A stretch of 64,000 nt of DNA from Cladosporium halotolerans (Eukaryota): assembly GCF_011745625.1 (NCBI RefSeq), contig NW_027191464.1:372001-436000 (forward strand), read 5' to 3'. Positions 46,933-60,692 of the stretch are shown in pieces. Numbering within the stretch: the stretch's first letter is position 1; the number at the start of each line of letters is the position of its first letter. The notes under the pieces are model-generated. The model was not told the DNA's origin, ran no database searches, and saw only the letters and a program-made list of their open reading frames with translations. Position numbers and translations under genes: made by a program.

Positions 46933-49267
46933 TCACCAAGACCCAAACAGAAGCTGCTCATCCAGATCCGCCCCGAAATCGCTAGGTATGCCGCCCTCGG
47001 GCAAGAATGAGTCAAGTAACTGCATCTGCTTGCCATCTAGGAAATTGCCGATGACAGGATCGCCGAGGATGTCGATATCATTAACATTGGACATCCTCGA
47101 GTCATGTCCCAGAGCTTCGCTCTGTACCGAAATAGGTGTTTGGAGGGGTTGCTCTTGACCAGTCGGTGTTGCTCTGCCGGATAATGCAGCAGTTGGCCTA
47201 GAGCGTCCGAAGGGTGTATTATTGGCTGTGTGGTCTAAGCGACCGGCGGCTCGCAAGCTTGACACTCGCGTTTGGATCTGCGAGAGCCGTTCGCAGAAGT
47301 CGACTGCTGGTATGTTGCCGTTGCTTTTCAGAGATCGCAGTATGCTCAGCAAGGTCTCGAGGTGGTCGGAATTGGTGGCGGTCGGCTTCATGATGGCTGA
47401 CATGATCAGAATCATGGCTGCGGAAAATATGTGGTGGGCGTCCCAGAAACCGAACGTCGCTATTGATCCATCGAGGAACAGGCTCTCCACGATTCGGCTC
47501 GAGGCTTGTGCTGCGTTGATGCAGCTCTCGGCTAGCGCGAGAGTTATCGATGACACGTTATACCGTGGTGATGTTGTTCCTCGCGGCCTTGGTCCCAAAT
47601 GAAACTGCATTTTGAAGAGGTGGAGTAGAACCGGACGTGTCGTTTGTATGATGCACTGATTGTAGGCGAGGTGAAGGCTTGCTACTGGTCGCGGAGTGTT
47701 GCTTTCGACAACACGCATGTCGGCCGGTAGTTCATCCTGCCATGCTCGGAGCTGGTTGAGGATGCTGTGGACTTGGTGAATGTAGAGACCTTTTGTAGCT
47801 TTCGGGATTCCGTAAATCTGCGTCACTAAAAGTATCTTGTCATTAGCCCCAACATCTCTGCAGAGGGATGGATGAATCCAGTATGGCACGTACGAATATT
47901 TCCAATGATTCGCGCCAGCTTGACATTGATGACCAGATTGCGAGGATCCAGGAATTCTGCCATCTCCTCTGCCGTCAAACCATCCATGCTAGGCAGCTCG
48001 ACGTCGATATCTTCATCTCTGACAGTGATAGGCTGCCCGATCTTCGATGCGGAGAATCGATCGAAGAAGTACAGGACCCACCATGTTCGGCGCCGGCTCT
48101 CCCGTTCCACTGCACTCAGTGTTGTGTGCCTCGCCGCAGACCGATGCATACCTAGACTGAGAGCAATACGTGTCGCAATCCCACTGTAACAGTATGCGGT
48201 CCGAACGCGACCAAGAACGTTGGATGCCCACGCCTACGCGTCTTTGTCAACAATGATCTCCGCGAATCTAGCCTGTCAACATACCAATAACGTCAACACT
48301 TCCACTTGCATCAAGGAAGGTTCCTCGTAGGCATCTTGGTTCTCTTGCAGCAGGTTGACCGCCTTAACGTAATACTGCGTGCCAGGGACCCTATTGTTGT
48401 CACCGACCCCTCTCCGGTGGGTGTAGATTTCCCCAAGAGCCATTAACGCGTAGAACTTGCAAAGCCACAAACTCGAAGGCGTGGTCTCGCCACGATAGAC
48501 CGCGTCGATCTCTTTCATGAAGCTGACCTCGAGGAAAAGCGGATGGTAATTCCCAATGAAACGGCGGGCGACGTTCAGCAGCAGCTTCACGTGCATCCGT
48601 TCGGGGAAGTCTGGACTTTGACGCGACTGTGCATCTCCCTGCGACTGCGCCTCTCCCTGGAAATTGAGGCTATGATAGTTGGACAAGCCCGCTGACAGGG
48701 GCGTATACGTGCTCTCGAGACAGGAGAGCAATCGATTGCTGAAAGCTGCACAAGACGCTTCGCCGATGAATCCTGGCTCGGAAGATCGTTCATGAATTGG
48801 TTTTTCTTGCTGCCTGTCGAAGAGTGGATTAAATAGATTGCTCTCTTCTGTTGGCAATGCAGGCACATTGTAGCAACTGGTGTTGCTGTCAGCGGGGCTG
48901 TCCACAGAGTGCCCGCTCGTAGGCGCTGGAGCTTGAGAGGACAATGTCCGCAACCGTTTGCTGTCTGCTTCAAGTCGCTTCAAGTAGCTGGATGCAATCA
49001 GTCTACGGATGTTATAACGCGGACATAGTCTGGCATGTTACCTTTCAGTGATAGGTATCTTCCGCTCCTTTGGCGGCACACGACATTCTTCGGCCCGGCC
49101 GGCGTTCGAGCATGAACGGCAAGGCTGCTCCCCCGAGCATTTGATTTTCTGTGCATGGCATCTCTGGCATCTGGATACAACACTGTCAGAGAACGCTGTC
49201 AGCCTGTCATCAGAGCTTCTTACGCTGCAAGCAGGCGTTTTGGACGCCGCGTCGCGGAGGCACTCAT
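46933..49267 (-). CDS. Zn(II)2Cys6 transcription factor with fungal-specific TF domain. Exons 49267-49224, 49170-49042, 48987-48285, 48233-47894, 47825-46933
   Basis: Spliced binuclear cluster ACQRCHAQKIKCSGEQPCRSCSNAGRAEEC; middle homology region LGMHR..ERESRRRTWWVLYFFDR..GQP. Confidence 0.93.
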
Positions 49268-50269
49268 GCTAGATGATTCTGGGTAGGCATGGATTCAATC
49301 GTGCCGTACTAGAGAGCGTACAAGCAGCTAGTATGGCCCACTTTACCCATGCCTACACATGCAGTAGTACAGACAAAGAGGTGTTGCTGTTCCGATATCG
49401 TTATCTCTCCATCTCGGCAAAAGAAAGGTGGAGATCAGGAACGTCGATCCGGCATCGCAAAAGCTGCCGACCAGCCGTGCCAGCTTCAACGGAAACGCTC
49501 CGATTCGTCGCCTCTCTCCGCCGTTCGCTTTGAGGCGGAATGCAAAGTTTGTGGCGCGTTTGCCAGGACTAACCGACCTGGGCTTCTCGACTGTTTTGGA
49601 TGGTTCAGAACTGATTGTGGCAATGTGTTTGCACGGATTTGGCCACGGCGATAAAAGCATCGTAATGATGCCGTCCACAATCCGAGCCTGAGTCGAGGTG
49701 GTGCTACGGTTGTCAAGTGTTCCAGCGCGATGCTGAGAGGCTCTGGCTACGGCGACTGCAGGGCCATGGAAGGTGCAAGAATCAATGCCACAAACTTTTC
49801 AAGACCGCTGTGAGGCACCCTGGCCGAGTCACACAGCAGCTTGCAGCCACTTCTCTCATGCTCGGCGCATGAAGCCGATGTTGCATGCTACACTGCCGAG
49901 GACTATAATTTGATCGATGTGATGCATCAGATGCAGTCGCAGGTAGTATTCCGAGGCCACGCCGCTAACCCCTGCCACCCACCGCCGATAAGCGGGCTGT
50001 ACAGTACCAACCGGCCTCTTTGTCTCTTACCGGACACGTTCTGAACAGCTGCTGTGATGTTGCCGACCGATAGACTGCACGCTTGTCGGACATGGTAGGC
50101 CGCTCGAGCTGATGTATAGATATAACGCGACGGTAATGTACCTCTTCCACCTCTTTGAAACGCCTTCCAAGTCCAGCACTCTCGTCTTATTAGCAATTGG
50201 TTTCATTTATTGTCCCCCAATCCCATTTCACTAAACTCGTTGACAATATAAACCTGCACCTTGCACACC

Positions 50270-53200
50270 ATGGCATCACAAGGAATTCGCATAGCCATTG
50301 ATCGTGGCGGAACATTCACAGACGCCTGGGCCGAAGTGCCCGGCCGTAAAGACCACATCGTCTTCAAAATCCTCTCAGTATGTCCGGAAGAATACGACGA
50401 TGCACCAACAGAATGCATCCGGCAAATACTCGAAATCGCCCTGGAGACTTCCATTCCGAAAGGCTCATTACTAGACCTGGCTCCCATCGAATCCATTCGC
50501 ATGGGAACGACGGTGGCGACAAACGCCCTTCTAGAACGCAAAGGCGATCGCGTAGCTTTCTTGACGACAAAAGGCTTCCGCGACATCCTGTACATTGGCA
50601 ACCAGACTAGGCCAGATCTGTTCGACCTCTCCGTCCGACGCCTGGCTCAATTGTATGAGACTGTAGTGGAAGTCGACGAGCGTATCACCATCGAAAGCGC
50701 CAGTGAGATGCCATCAGACCAGCCAATCGATGTCTCGTCCGATCCAGCACTCGTTACTGGCCATACCGGAGAGATTGTTCGCATCATACAGAAGCCGGAC
50801 CTTACCGCTGTCCGAGCAGATCTGGAAGACCTCAAGGCACAAGGTTTTGAGAACGTTGCGATTGGTTTCATGCATTCTTACACATACCCAGAGCACGAAC
50901 TGCAAGTCGCAAACCTTGCGACCGAGATGGGATTCAAAGTCTCGGCGTCTTCGATCCTTCAGTCTATGGCCAGATATGTGCCTCGAAGTCAATCAGCAGT
51001 TGCGGATGCTTACCTCACACCGATGACCCTCGCGTACCTTGACGGCTTCCGCAAGAACTTCAAGGGCCAGTTAGAGGATGAAAATGTGAACAAGCTCCTT
51101 GTCTGTCAGTCCGACGGTGGCCTGACCAGTTGGTCCAAGTTCACAGGATTGAGAGGTGTCTTGAGCGGGCCCGCTGGAGGTGTCGTAGGCTTGTCAAGAA
51201 CGTGTTACGATGATGCTGATGGCACGCCTGTACTTGGATTCGATATGGTGAGTGCACCTACCGCAGTTGCTCTGAGATGATGCTGACCTCGTTCGCGCAG
51301 GGAGGCACCAGTACTGACGTTGCTCGATACTCTGGCAATCTCGAGCATATCTTCGAAAGTACTTTAGCTGAGGTCACCATTCAAACGCCACAGCTGGATA
51401 TCAACACCGTAGCTGCCGGTGGCGGTTCCATCCTCACATGGGAGAACGGCCTTCTCAAAGTTGGCCCAAGCAGCGCGGGCGCCAACCCTGGACCTGCGTG
51501 CTACGGCAAAGGAGGTCCCCTCACAGTCACAGATGCCAATTTCCTCCTCGGTCGCATCATACCCGATTTCTTCCCTCGCAAACTCGACATGCAAGTCGTG
51601 AAGGACAAGTTCGAAGCGCTGGCTGAGACCGTCAACCTCGAAATGAATCGCGATGAGCCCTTCACACCAGAAACGCTGGCCCTGGGGTTCCTCGCCATCG
51701 CCAACGCCACTATGACCAGGCCCATCCGAACTCTCAGTGAAGGCCGCGGTTATGAGGCTTCGAGTCACAGTCTCGGCTCGTTTGGAGGTGCTGGTGGACA
51801 ACACGCTGTTTTCATTGCGCGCGACCTGGGCATCAAGCGGGCCATTATTCCATGCTACTCTAGCATCTTGTCTGCGTACGGAATGGCTCTCGCAGATGTT
51901 GTCGTCGAGAACCAAGAGCCTGCAGCCATCACTTTCTCCGAGAAGGCTGTGGACGAGATTAAGGCGCGCCTTGAGAGTCTCTCTAGCCGAGGAACGACGG
52001 GTCTCCAGAGCCAGGGCTTCGACGACGTCTCCATCGAGCACGAGCGATTCCTTAACATGAGGTATAAGGGAAGCGATACTTCGCTCATGATCTCAGTCTC
52101 CGAAGCTGTCGGAGACGCTGGTGCTGCGTTTGCAACGAGGCACACCCAGGAGTTCGGCTTCTCACAGGCCAGGGATATCTTGATCGACGACGTTCGAGTT
52201 CGCAGCGTTGGCAAATCACGGGTAATAAACATCTCGAGCCCCTTTGAAGAGTTCAAGAAGCACAGTACTTCCGGCTTGACTCCGACCCCGACTCCGACGT
52301 TCTCACGGAAAATCTTCTTCGAGAAGCATGGCTGGACGCAGACGCCGGTCTACGAGCTGAAGTCAATTAGCACCGGAGCACACATCACTGGCCCCGCTAT
52401 GATCATTGACAAGACTCAGACTATCGTCGTCGATCACTTGAGCAAAGCCATCATACTCCCAGAACATGTCATCTTGGAGGTGGAAAAGGACGAGCATCAG
52501 GATGTATCCACGGAGACCGTCGATCCAGTCCAGCTTAGCGTCTTCGGTCACCGTTTCATGACGGTCGCTGAGCAGATGGGCCACACGATGGAGAAAACAT
52601 CCATTTCCGTCAACATCAAAGAGAGACTCGACTACTCATGCGCTGTCTTCGCAGCAGACGGAGGCCTCGTTGCAAACGCGCCACACGTGCCCAGTCACCT
52701 TGGGTCAATGAGCACCGCCATCGCCTACCAAGCTCAAAGGTACAAGCCTGGCGAGCTGAAGCCTGGAGATGTGATCATCGCCAATCACCCAAAGGCCGGA
52801 GGCACGCATCTTCCCGACATCACCACGATTACCCCAGTCTTTGACAGTGAAGAGGATCCCAAGGAGATCATCTTCTTCGTTGCCAACCGCGGACATCACG
52901 CAGATATTGGTGGCATCGTCCCAGGCTCTATGCCGCCCAACTCGACGGAGCTCTGGCAGGAAGGCGCCGCGATCGAGTCTTTCAAGATGATTTCGGAGGG
53001 TGTCTTTGATGAAGCTGGCCTTATCAAGCATCTGTATGACGACCCCGCTTCGTTTCCTGGCTGCAGTGGATCGAGGACGTTGACAGAGAACATTGCTGAT
53101 CTGAAGGCCGCCGTTGCCTCCAACCAGAAGGGCATCTCGCTGATTCGGGCGCTGATCAAGGAGTTTACGTGGCCGGTCGTGCAACTGTACATGCAAGCTA

Positions 53201-54328
53201 TCCAGGACAACGCCGCTCAATCAGTACGCGACCTTCTCAAGCAGTTCGCCTCGAAATTCGAAGGCGGCGTTCTCGAAGCGACCGAGTTCAATGACGACGG
53301 TATTCCCTTCAAGCTCAAGGTGACCATCGACAAAGAATCCGGAGAGGCAGTCTTCGATTTCACAGGAACTGGCGCAGAGCACTCTGGCAACCTCAACGCT
53401 CCTCCGACCTGCTCATATTCGGTCATCATGGTAAGTGGTCTGCACCCTACCACCGCCAAGCCCCAATGCTAACTCGCTCAAATAGTACTGCCTCCGCTCC
53501 ATGATGTCAACGGACATCCCGCTGAACCAAGGCTGTCTACAGCCCATCAAAGTCCTCTGTCCAGACAACACGATCCTCTCGCCCTCCCCCGGCGCCGCCA
53601 CAGTAGGCTGCACGACCGAGACCTCACAGAAAGTCGCCGACCTGGTCTTGCGCGCTTTCAATGCCGCCGCAGCTTCCCAGGGCACGATGAATAACTTGAG
53701 CTTCGGCTGCGGCGGCACGGATCCGGCGACTGGCGAGGTCGTCCCGGGTTTCGGCTATTACGAGACCATCTGCGGCGGCGCGGGCGCGGGCAAGGGGTGG
53801 CATGGCGCGAGCGCGGTGCACACGCATATGACAAACACGCGGATTACGGATCCGGAGATCCTCGAGAAGCGGTATCCCGTGCTCCTGCACCAATTCGCAA
53901 TCCGCAAAGGCAGTGGTGGCGATGGCCGCTGGCGGGGCGGCGACGGGTGTGTTCGCGAGATCGAGTTTCGCGTGCCGTTGCAGGTGTCGGTTCTGACGGA
54001 CCGAAGAGTCACGGCGCCGTACGGGCTCGAGGGCGGAGAAGATGGACAGCGTGGGCAGAACATCTGGATACGAAAGGATCCAGTTACGGGCGAGACGAGG
54101 AAGGTTTCGCTGGGTCCAAGGAAGACTTCGCACTTTGCAGCGGGGGATCGGATTGTCATTGAGACGCCTGGTGGTGGTGGGTATGGCAGGGCCCTGACGA
54201 TTGGTGATGATGGGCAAAATGGCGGACAGTCTTTTGCCAATGGGCTTGACGTGCCTTTGAGGGAGACAAGGACGATGTTGACGAATGGCAGTCTTGGAGT
54301 GAGGCATAGTACTGCCACAGGAAACTAG
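50270..54328 (+). CDS. ATP-dependent 5-oxoprolinase / hydantoinase A-B fusion. Exons 50270-51247, 51301-53430, 53486-54328
   Basis: [97 protein letters not shown]. Confidence 0.95.
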
Positions 54329-54945
54329 GCTGTAAGTTGTGTAATGATTGCCAACGAGCGTCCCATGTATCTATGACACAAGCCACCTGTGTTTTTGTTC
54401 CGGTATCGTACTTCGACAAGAGAGGTGCAAGTGCAATGTAAAATAAATGGCCAGAAGCACCGATGCTTGAGTTCCCGTGCTTGGAAGCCTTGGAAGACTA
54501 GTGCCACTGTGGGAAACCCTGTGGCTATGTGTTTGTGACCGAGTCTTTCGCGGCCTCGTTTGTGGTCCCACAAACTTGTATGAAAGACAGCACAAGATGT
54601 GGATACCAAGCGAAGCCCGAAGATCCCCATGGGCAGAGAAGAAACAGCAGAATTTGAACATGCATCTTTGTCCAGCAATGATGAGTTTGGGTTGTTGATA
54701 GAGATTGTCAATTTGTTTTGATTGAACTCAAAGACTTAATCCATGGTCAATGATCTAGATTTGCAATGCAGTCAAAACCACCACGCTTGTGAGGAGTAAG
54801 AGCCTTTTGTACACAGATGTTTGCCTGGCCCCCACTGACAGACGGATACGAAGATGAATAGATTGACGGTGTAGTGTTTAAGCAGCCTAAAGATGCCACG
54901 GAGAAGAGCAAAATCCACAGCGGAGACCAACCACACGTATTTGAT

Positions 54946-55338
54946 ATGCAGTTCAAAGTCTACACCATCGAATATCTCGGCTGGCGCGGCAACCACGTCG
55001 CCATATTCGTCGTGCAAAGTTCGGAAAGAAACGTCACCGGTAGCGGCAGGCTGTACCATGTTATAGGAAGCATTCAAGAAGGGATGAAATATGAAGCCAG
55101 AGACTCCAAGCCATTCGGGGAATCGACGTCGTTCGTCCAGGGAAGCCAGATTCTTATCGGAACTGTCGAGGATAACAGAATGCCAGACTTCGAGGCGATC
55201 TGTGAGGCAACTCCTGTTCCAAGAAAGCAGATGAATCTCCGAGGCAGGGTGCTTGATCCGTCGAAACCGGTGCGTCGCTGCCGAAAGTGGGTCGAAGAGA
55301 CCGTGGAGAAGCTGCTAGCAGATGGTATCGTGAAGTGA
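54946..55338 (+). CDS. Small hypothetical protein (130 aa) resembling fungal DUF6540-type proteins
   Basis: HVAIFV...G.LYHVIG...RC.KWVEE..EKL..DG pattern; family assignment is from memory. Confidence 0.65.
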   Translation: MQFKVYTIEYLGWRGNHVAIFVVQSSERNVTGSGRLYHVIGSIQEGMKYEARDSKPFGESTSFVQGSQILIGTVEDNRMPDFEAICEATPVPRKQMNLRGRVLDPSKPVRRCRKWVEETVEKLLADGIVK

Positions 55339-56403
55339 ATGAGCCCGGGACTTGTTCGTGAACTCGTAAAAGCGGTGACACTCTGACTGCAAAATCATCA
55401 ATGTCCACACAGAGCATCTCTCGAATCAAGACGCAAGAGCCCTGGCCATCTCGATGTGCAGCTGCACATACCGATCATGAGATAACACGGGTCCACCAGA
55501 GGAGAGATGGCCTGATTAACGATGATAAACTCTGGCTAGGCGGCCTCCAACTTCACGCAAAGGTCGTTGCATAACAGCTTCCTGAATGGCAACCGCTACG
55601 AGATGATGGCGTTGGGCTTAGCAAAGATGACAGCTCGTGATTGGCAAAACGAGAACAGGCGGAATGCATGACCAGATACACTTGTGGATACACCTGTGTC
55701 ATGTATAGTCTCTAGCCAGCCCAGATGGAATCGGCCGTAGTGCGTCGCAGCAAAGAACTCCATACTCATGATATCAACCTGGCGTTTCGCAGTCTCTGTT
55801 ATTTCATATTGCACGGCGCGTAGGCGAATTAAGAATGGCCTGTACTGATAAGTGATAGCTTCACGTGCTCCTACCTGGGAGTTGAAGTGGACAGATGTTG
55901 GTCCATAGCTCAGATGTCGCCATTTCGTGGACTTAACTGGTAATGCTGGAGTTTGGTGGTCTCGCGCTCAGAAAATGAGTGCTGACTTGACTGAACAAGA
56001 CTCGGCAGCTGGTCTTTCCCGTCCTCGCCTTCGAGACAGGATATATCTTTGTATGGTGGAGTCGCGTGCGGACGCGGACTTGAAATAAAGAATTAAAGTA
56101 AGTCAATAGCTGCGGCTAGCTCCCGTAGAGCCGACCAATTGCAGGCTTTGGCCGACGGCACGTGTGAGGGCCCAGCCGCCAGCCGACGCTGATACCAGTG
56201 GGGCTGGCATTGGGAAGCTGCAGGTGCATTTCTTCCTTGTCGCTTGAAGACTCCCGCCATTCCCTGCTGAAGAAGCTTGTCTAAAAAGAAATACCTGCCA
56301 TTGGATGACGCTCGATTCACGAGGTGGTCTTTGAAAGCAGAAAATCCGCACAGAAACGAGACGAGAGCCGCAGCGAAGCTACAACAGCTCCATAACAAAC
56401 ACC

Positions 56404-56858
56404 ATGTCTAGCCAACCTCTGCTTCAAACCGCCCCGGGTAAGCCCTTCAACGTCACGAAGACCCTTCAACGCGAGCCCTTCTCTAACCCAAATACCTCCT
56501 CCCAGGCAAGCGCATCGCCCTACCCACCCGCGTCGAGCCCAAGGTCTTCTTCGCCAATGAGCGCACCTTCCTCTCATGGCTCAACTTCACCGTCATCCTG
56601 GGCGGCCTGGCCGTCGGCCTTCTCAACTTCGGTGACCGCGTCGGCCAGATCAGCGCCGGTCTCTTCACCCTCGTCGCCTTGGCCGCCATGGTCTACGCGC
56701 TCGTCACTTTCCACTGGCGCGCGAAGAGCATTCGCATGAGAGGGCAGGGCGGCTTCGACGACCGTTTCGGTCCTACCGTGCTGGCCGTTGCGCTGCTGTT
56801 GGCGGTTGTGGTCAACTTCGTGCTGAGGATAACTGGAGCTGGTGGTGACAAGAAGTGA
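56404..56858 (+). CDS. VTC1: Vacuolar transporter chaperone subunit 1. Exons 56404-56437 and 56506-56858
   Basis: [39 protein letters not shown]...FDDRFGP. Confidence 0.96.
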
Positions 56859-57310
56859 GGTGGATGATTGAAAGGAGCGGGAGAAGTGGTTCGGATAGAC
56901 TGGAGGACACTGGACAGGCGGCTTTGTACATGGTGGGTATGCTCTCGCGAGAAAAAGAAGAACTGCACATGTTACGAAACCAGAGAAAGACAAGAAACAG
57001 CGTCCGGGCGACGGCGCGACTTTGGCGTCAACGGAGCAAGAGGAGTGGATTATGTGGAATGCTATGGACAGCGAACATTTTGTAAATACCTCTTTGCGAT
57101 ATATCACTTATTACGACTTTTTGGTCATAACGAAACAGGAGCACGGAGCCTCATTACTGCCGCCGGAGTGCATTGGCGATGCGCGAGGCACCGCGAATTG
57201 ACTTCTAGGTAAGGTCAAGAGATCACTCAACAAGCTCTTGATCGTTTCCGATCACCGCGAGAGTCACCGCACGCACAAACGTAAGACTTTGCATCTGAGC
57301 TTCTTGTTTT

Positions 57311-58615
57311 CTAATCCGAGTCTAGTGACGAATCTGACGAATCTGACAATTGCAAGGCATCTGGATACATCAACGGCCCCATGGTGCGCTCGATCTCTCG
57401 CATCAACGACTGATACCTATCGTCGGCGGCATGGTCGAATCTTACAAGACCTCGATGGTCGGTGGGGCAAGGATGGTGATCGAGCTCGCGATACTCGTGG
57501 GTGACCCGTTCTGCGGACTCCTTGTCGACCATAAGAACCTTCGGCCCCGTCATTCGAAAATTTGTTTCCCCTGCCCATTGCTTCGAACGTAAATTAGTAA
57601 AGCAAAGCTGATCGCGCGAAGCATTATGTACCTGATTGGTATCCTCTAAAGTTGGACTTTTCTCCGTCTCGTAGAAGGTTATCACTTTCCATGGCCAGGC
57701 CCTGCACAGCCGCGCGAAGTCTTGTGTCAAGCGGTTGAGGAACGACGATGGCTTTCCGTTTGTTTGCAGGAGATCACTGATGAACTGCGCGTTTGGTCGA
57801 CCGGCGACTACTGTCCGAAGGCACTCGTGGTTCAGCCCCAAATTGGGAACGCCCATGAGAATAAGACCGCGAGTCGAAAGGAGAAGGTTGTGGAGATCAG
57901 AATGGTCAGTCCCTGCCGTTCAGTCTGATTGCACCAAGGCCTCTTTCACTATGATACCGCCCAGGCTGTGAGCGAGGATCACCAATGGACGATCCGATGT
58001 CTTTGTCCTTTGCCGGAAGCTCGCGAGCGTTCTCAACAGGGTCTGGGCGAGAGCCTCGACGCCCTGCGTACTCTCGCTTCCAATCACCCGCGTCTCGTAG
58101 CCGTAGGTCATGATGCGCGCTCTTGGTATGTCCTGCGGAGCAAAATCGCGCAGCCACACAGTCGTGCCCTTGTCCTGGTCTCGGAAGGATCCCAGAGCAT
58201 GCCCGCCCAAGCCGGTGACTGCGAGCAAGTCCACGGTGGCATCGGGCGGATCGTGCAAGGGTGTAATGCCAATGAACGTTTTGTCCACGTGCCAGCTCGG
58301 GCGAGGGGGAATTGGTTGCTTGCAGTCTTTGGCCGTGGTGAACGTTCCGCAAAGGCTCCGCCGGAAGCTGTCGTAACCGGCGAGAGTATACGTCGCTCGT
58401 CCTTGTGATTGCTGGTGCAGCCATTTGAGAGCTTCTCCTCGGTTGTCGACATGGATGTCCCTGATGCGCCAGAACTCTGGTTTGGGACATGGCTGCGGTT
58501 TCGAGGTTGCGGTATCGCTACAGCTGCTGCTGCTAGAGCTCGGAAGACGCGGCGGCCCATGTTTCATCCCATAGGACACACTTGGTGCCTGATCAGTCCA
58601 AGCCCCGAAGAACAT
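57311..58615 (-). pseudogene. SesB/DUF676/PGAP1-like alpha/beta hydrolase interrupted by one in-frame TGA (57922-57920)
   Basis: DLLAVTGLGGHALGSF, WLRDF, RIMTYGY, AHSLGG, then *TAG..RGLILMGVPNLG, FYETEKS and DHRGLVRF, all in one frame. Possible 51-nt intron at 57631-57581. Confidence 0.8.
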
Positions 58616-60692
58616 CTGTGAGAAGAATATCGAACCAGCTGTCTGATACAGCGATAAAGTGATTCTTAGGCGCGGAGATCGAGCAATCCAAGCTCACAAC
58701 GCAGACGTGACACTATCTACAGCCACTGGCCACGAACACGGGGTGTTTTTGCGCTCAGCCCTGTGGCGGAGTGCATGAGATCTCAGCTGCAGCTGCGGCT
58801 GCCACTTCGCGAGGACGAACGAGGTTCGTCTGCGCAACATTACCTTCGGAGATTGATGGGATGAATCATCAGCAAGACATGCGCAACATGACCGCTCTGG
58901 CGCTTGCTGTTCATAAGGACCGAATTACTGTGGCGCTACGGGGCTGGCCACTCCAAAGGTGCTGGTGTAAGCATGACCGCGGTCGTGCAGGTATGCTGCA
59001 AATCCATACTGTCATGACCTTGCACTTAGATAGTGGTAATCGAACATATTGATACTTGGAAGCGCTTCGAATAGCCAATAGGAATTCCTAAGCACAGGTA
59101 GACCATGGAGTACAGAGAGAGCTAGCCGACTTGGTGGAGAAATCCGGCTGTCAATCGATGTCAGTAGTGAGCACCTGCGATTGCGAGAGAGCGCTGATAC
59201 TATCTAGGTGATGATCTGACCATGGAAGACACAGATAACTCGGAGATTTCAGTCTTCGGGCTTTCTTCACTTGCACATGCGTGACAAGGGAAAGTTGCGC
59301 GCAGATCCTCGGCCTCTTCAGGGGTGTTATTCAGACCTCCATAGCGATCTGATCCGACAACGTTTGGGACTGGACTTGATCGACTTTCCTACGCTGAACG
59401 CTCGCAGGCTCTGCGTTATGCGTTCTCACATTTCAGGGAATTTCGCTGATGAAAGCGTATTCGTCCCACGGTATGGTGCAGACTGCACCTTGCAGTCAAA
59501 GCAGGGAGCCCCCTTTTAGACGACATCCGGGTCTCCACACCCTTGCACCGCGGTATTGAAAACACGAAGTTCCTATCGGTCCGATAGCATAGCGCAGACG
59601 CGAACTTGTGACCATGGGGTTCTCCGCAGGTCTCCCTCCACGTACGCGACATCCAACCCGTCCGCCGAGTTGACACCGTGAGACGTTGGAGCACCCATGC
59701 GGCCGCCCATGGGGAGTCCGCGGGGATGATTCGCAATGCGTAGAGGGCACCAACGTCTTGCGCTTTTGATTTAAACATCCAGACTCTTTCAGAGCTGAAG
59801 GTTCAGCTTTTGTCGACAGTGATGTTAACAGCACTAACCGCGAGAGGTGCTCCGACCGCACGACACAAAGTCGGGCATGTGGAGGGTCGGGTACTCGCCC
59901 AAGAGCAAGCAATCGATCGACACCATCTTGGGTAGGAAGTTCGACCGCGACAGCAATCATCCTTCGTGGAGCCTGCCAACGGGCACATGATGTTGCCACG
60001 GCTCTCACGGCTCACAGGCTTTGTGCAAGCGAGTCTTTGCACCTGGCGGGAGACCATTTTCCCAGAGCCGGGCGCAGAGTCCGGATAACGTGGTGATAGA
60101 GATTTCCAGCCCTATCCCTTCCATGCGGCTCAACATGCCGGCACGTTCCAGAGACGCGCGAGATGACGTTGTGGCTCGCCTTGGCGCACGATCTTCGCTC
60201 TTCATCATCCTTCCGCAATGCTTACAATTCGCGAATCGCTTCCGCCACTCCACAAGCCGACCGCGATGCCGCGGATTTCGCGCGCCAGGCGAGGCCGTTA
60301 GAGCTAGGGCGCAACAAGTCATCGCCCAAGCTTTCTCGCTTGACTCGCCCTTTGTGGATCTGTCTAAGACCGGCTCCGGCCAGTCCGCGTGCGTTCTGGA
60401 CGACTGCCGCTCCGGTTTTCCTTCCAAACATGCCATCATCGCCCGAAGTTTTCGCCGCTCGGTGCTCCCCGGATCGCGAAGCACGCCTCGTGGACAGGCA
60501 CGAGGGTGCCAGAGCGGGATGACGGTGGGTTAGCAAAGTGGAACTGTGGACGGTGGCCATGGGGAATGAAAGAGGGTCTCTGCTGTTCTGTTATAAGTGC
60601 AGGTTCCCGCCTGGTATGTGTCAATTTTGCTCTTACCCTTTCAAGCCTTCACATATCCTCTCTCCAGCACACCTCTACTCATCCCTGACAAG

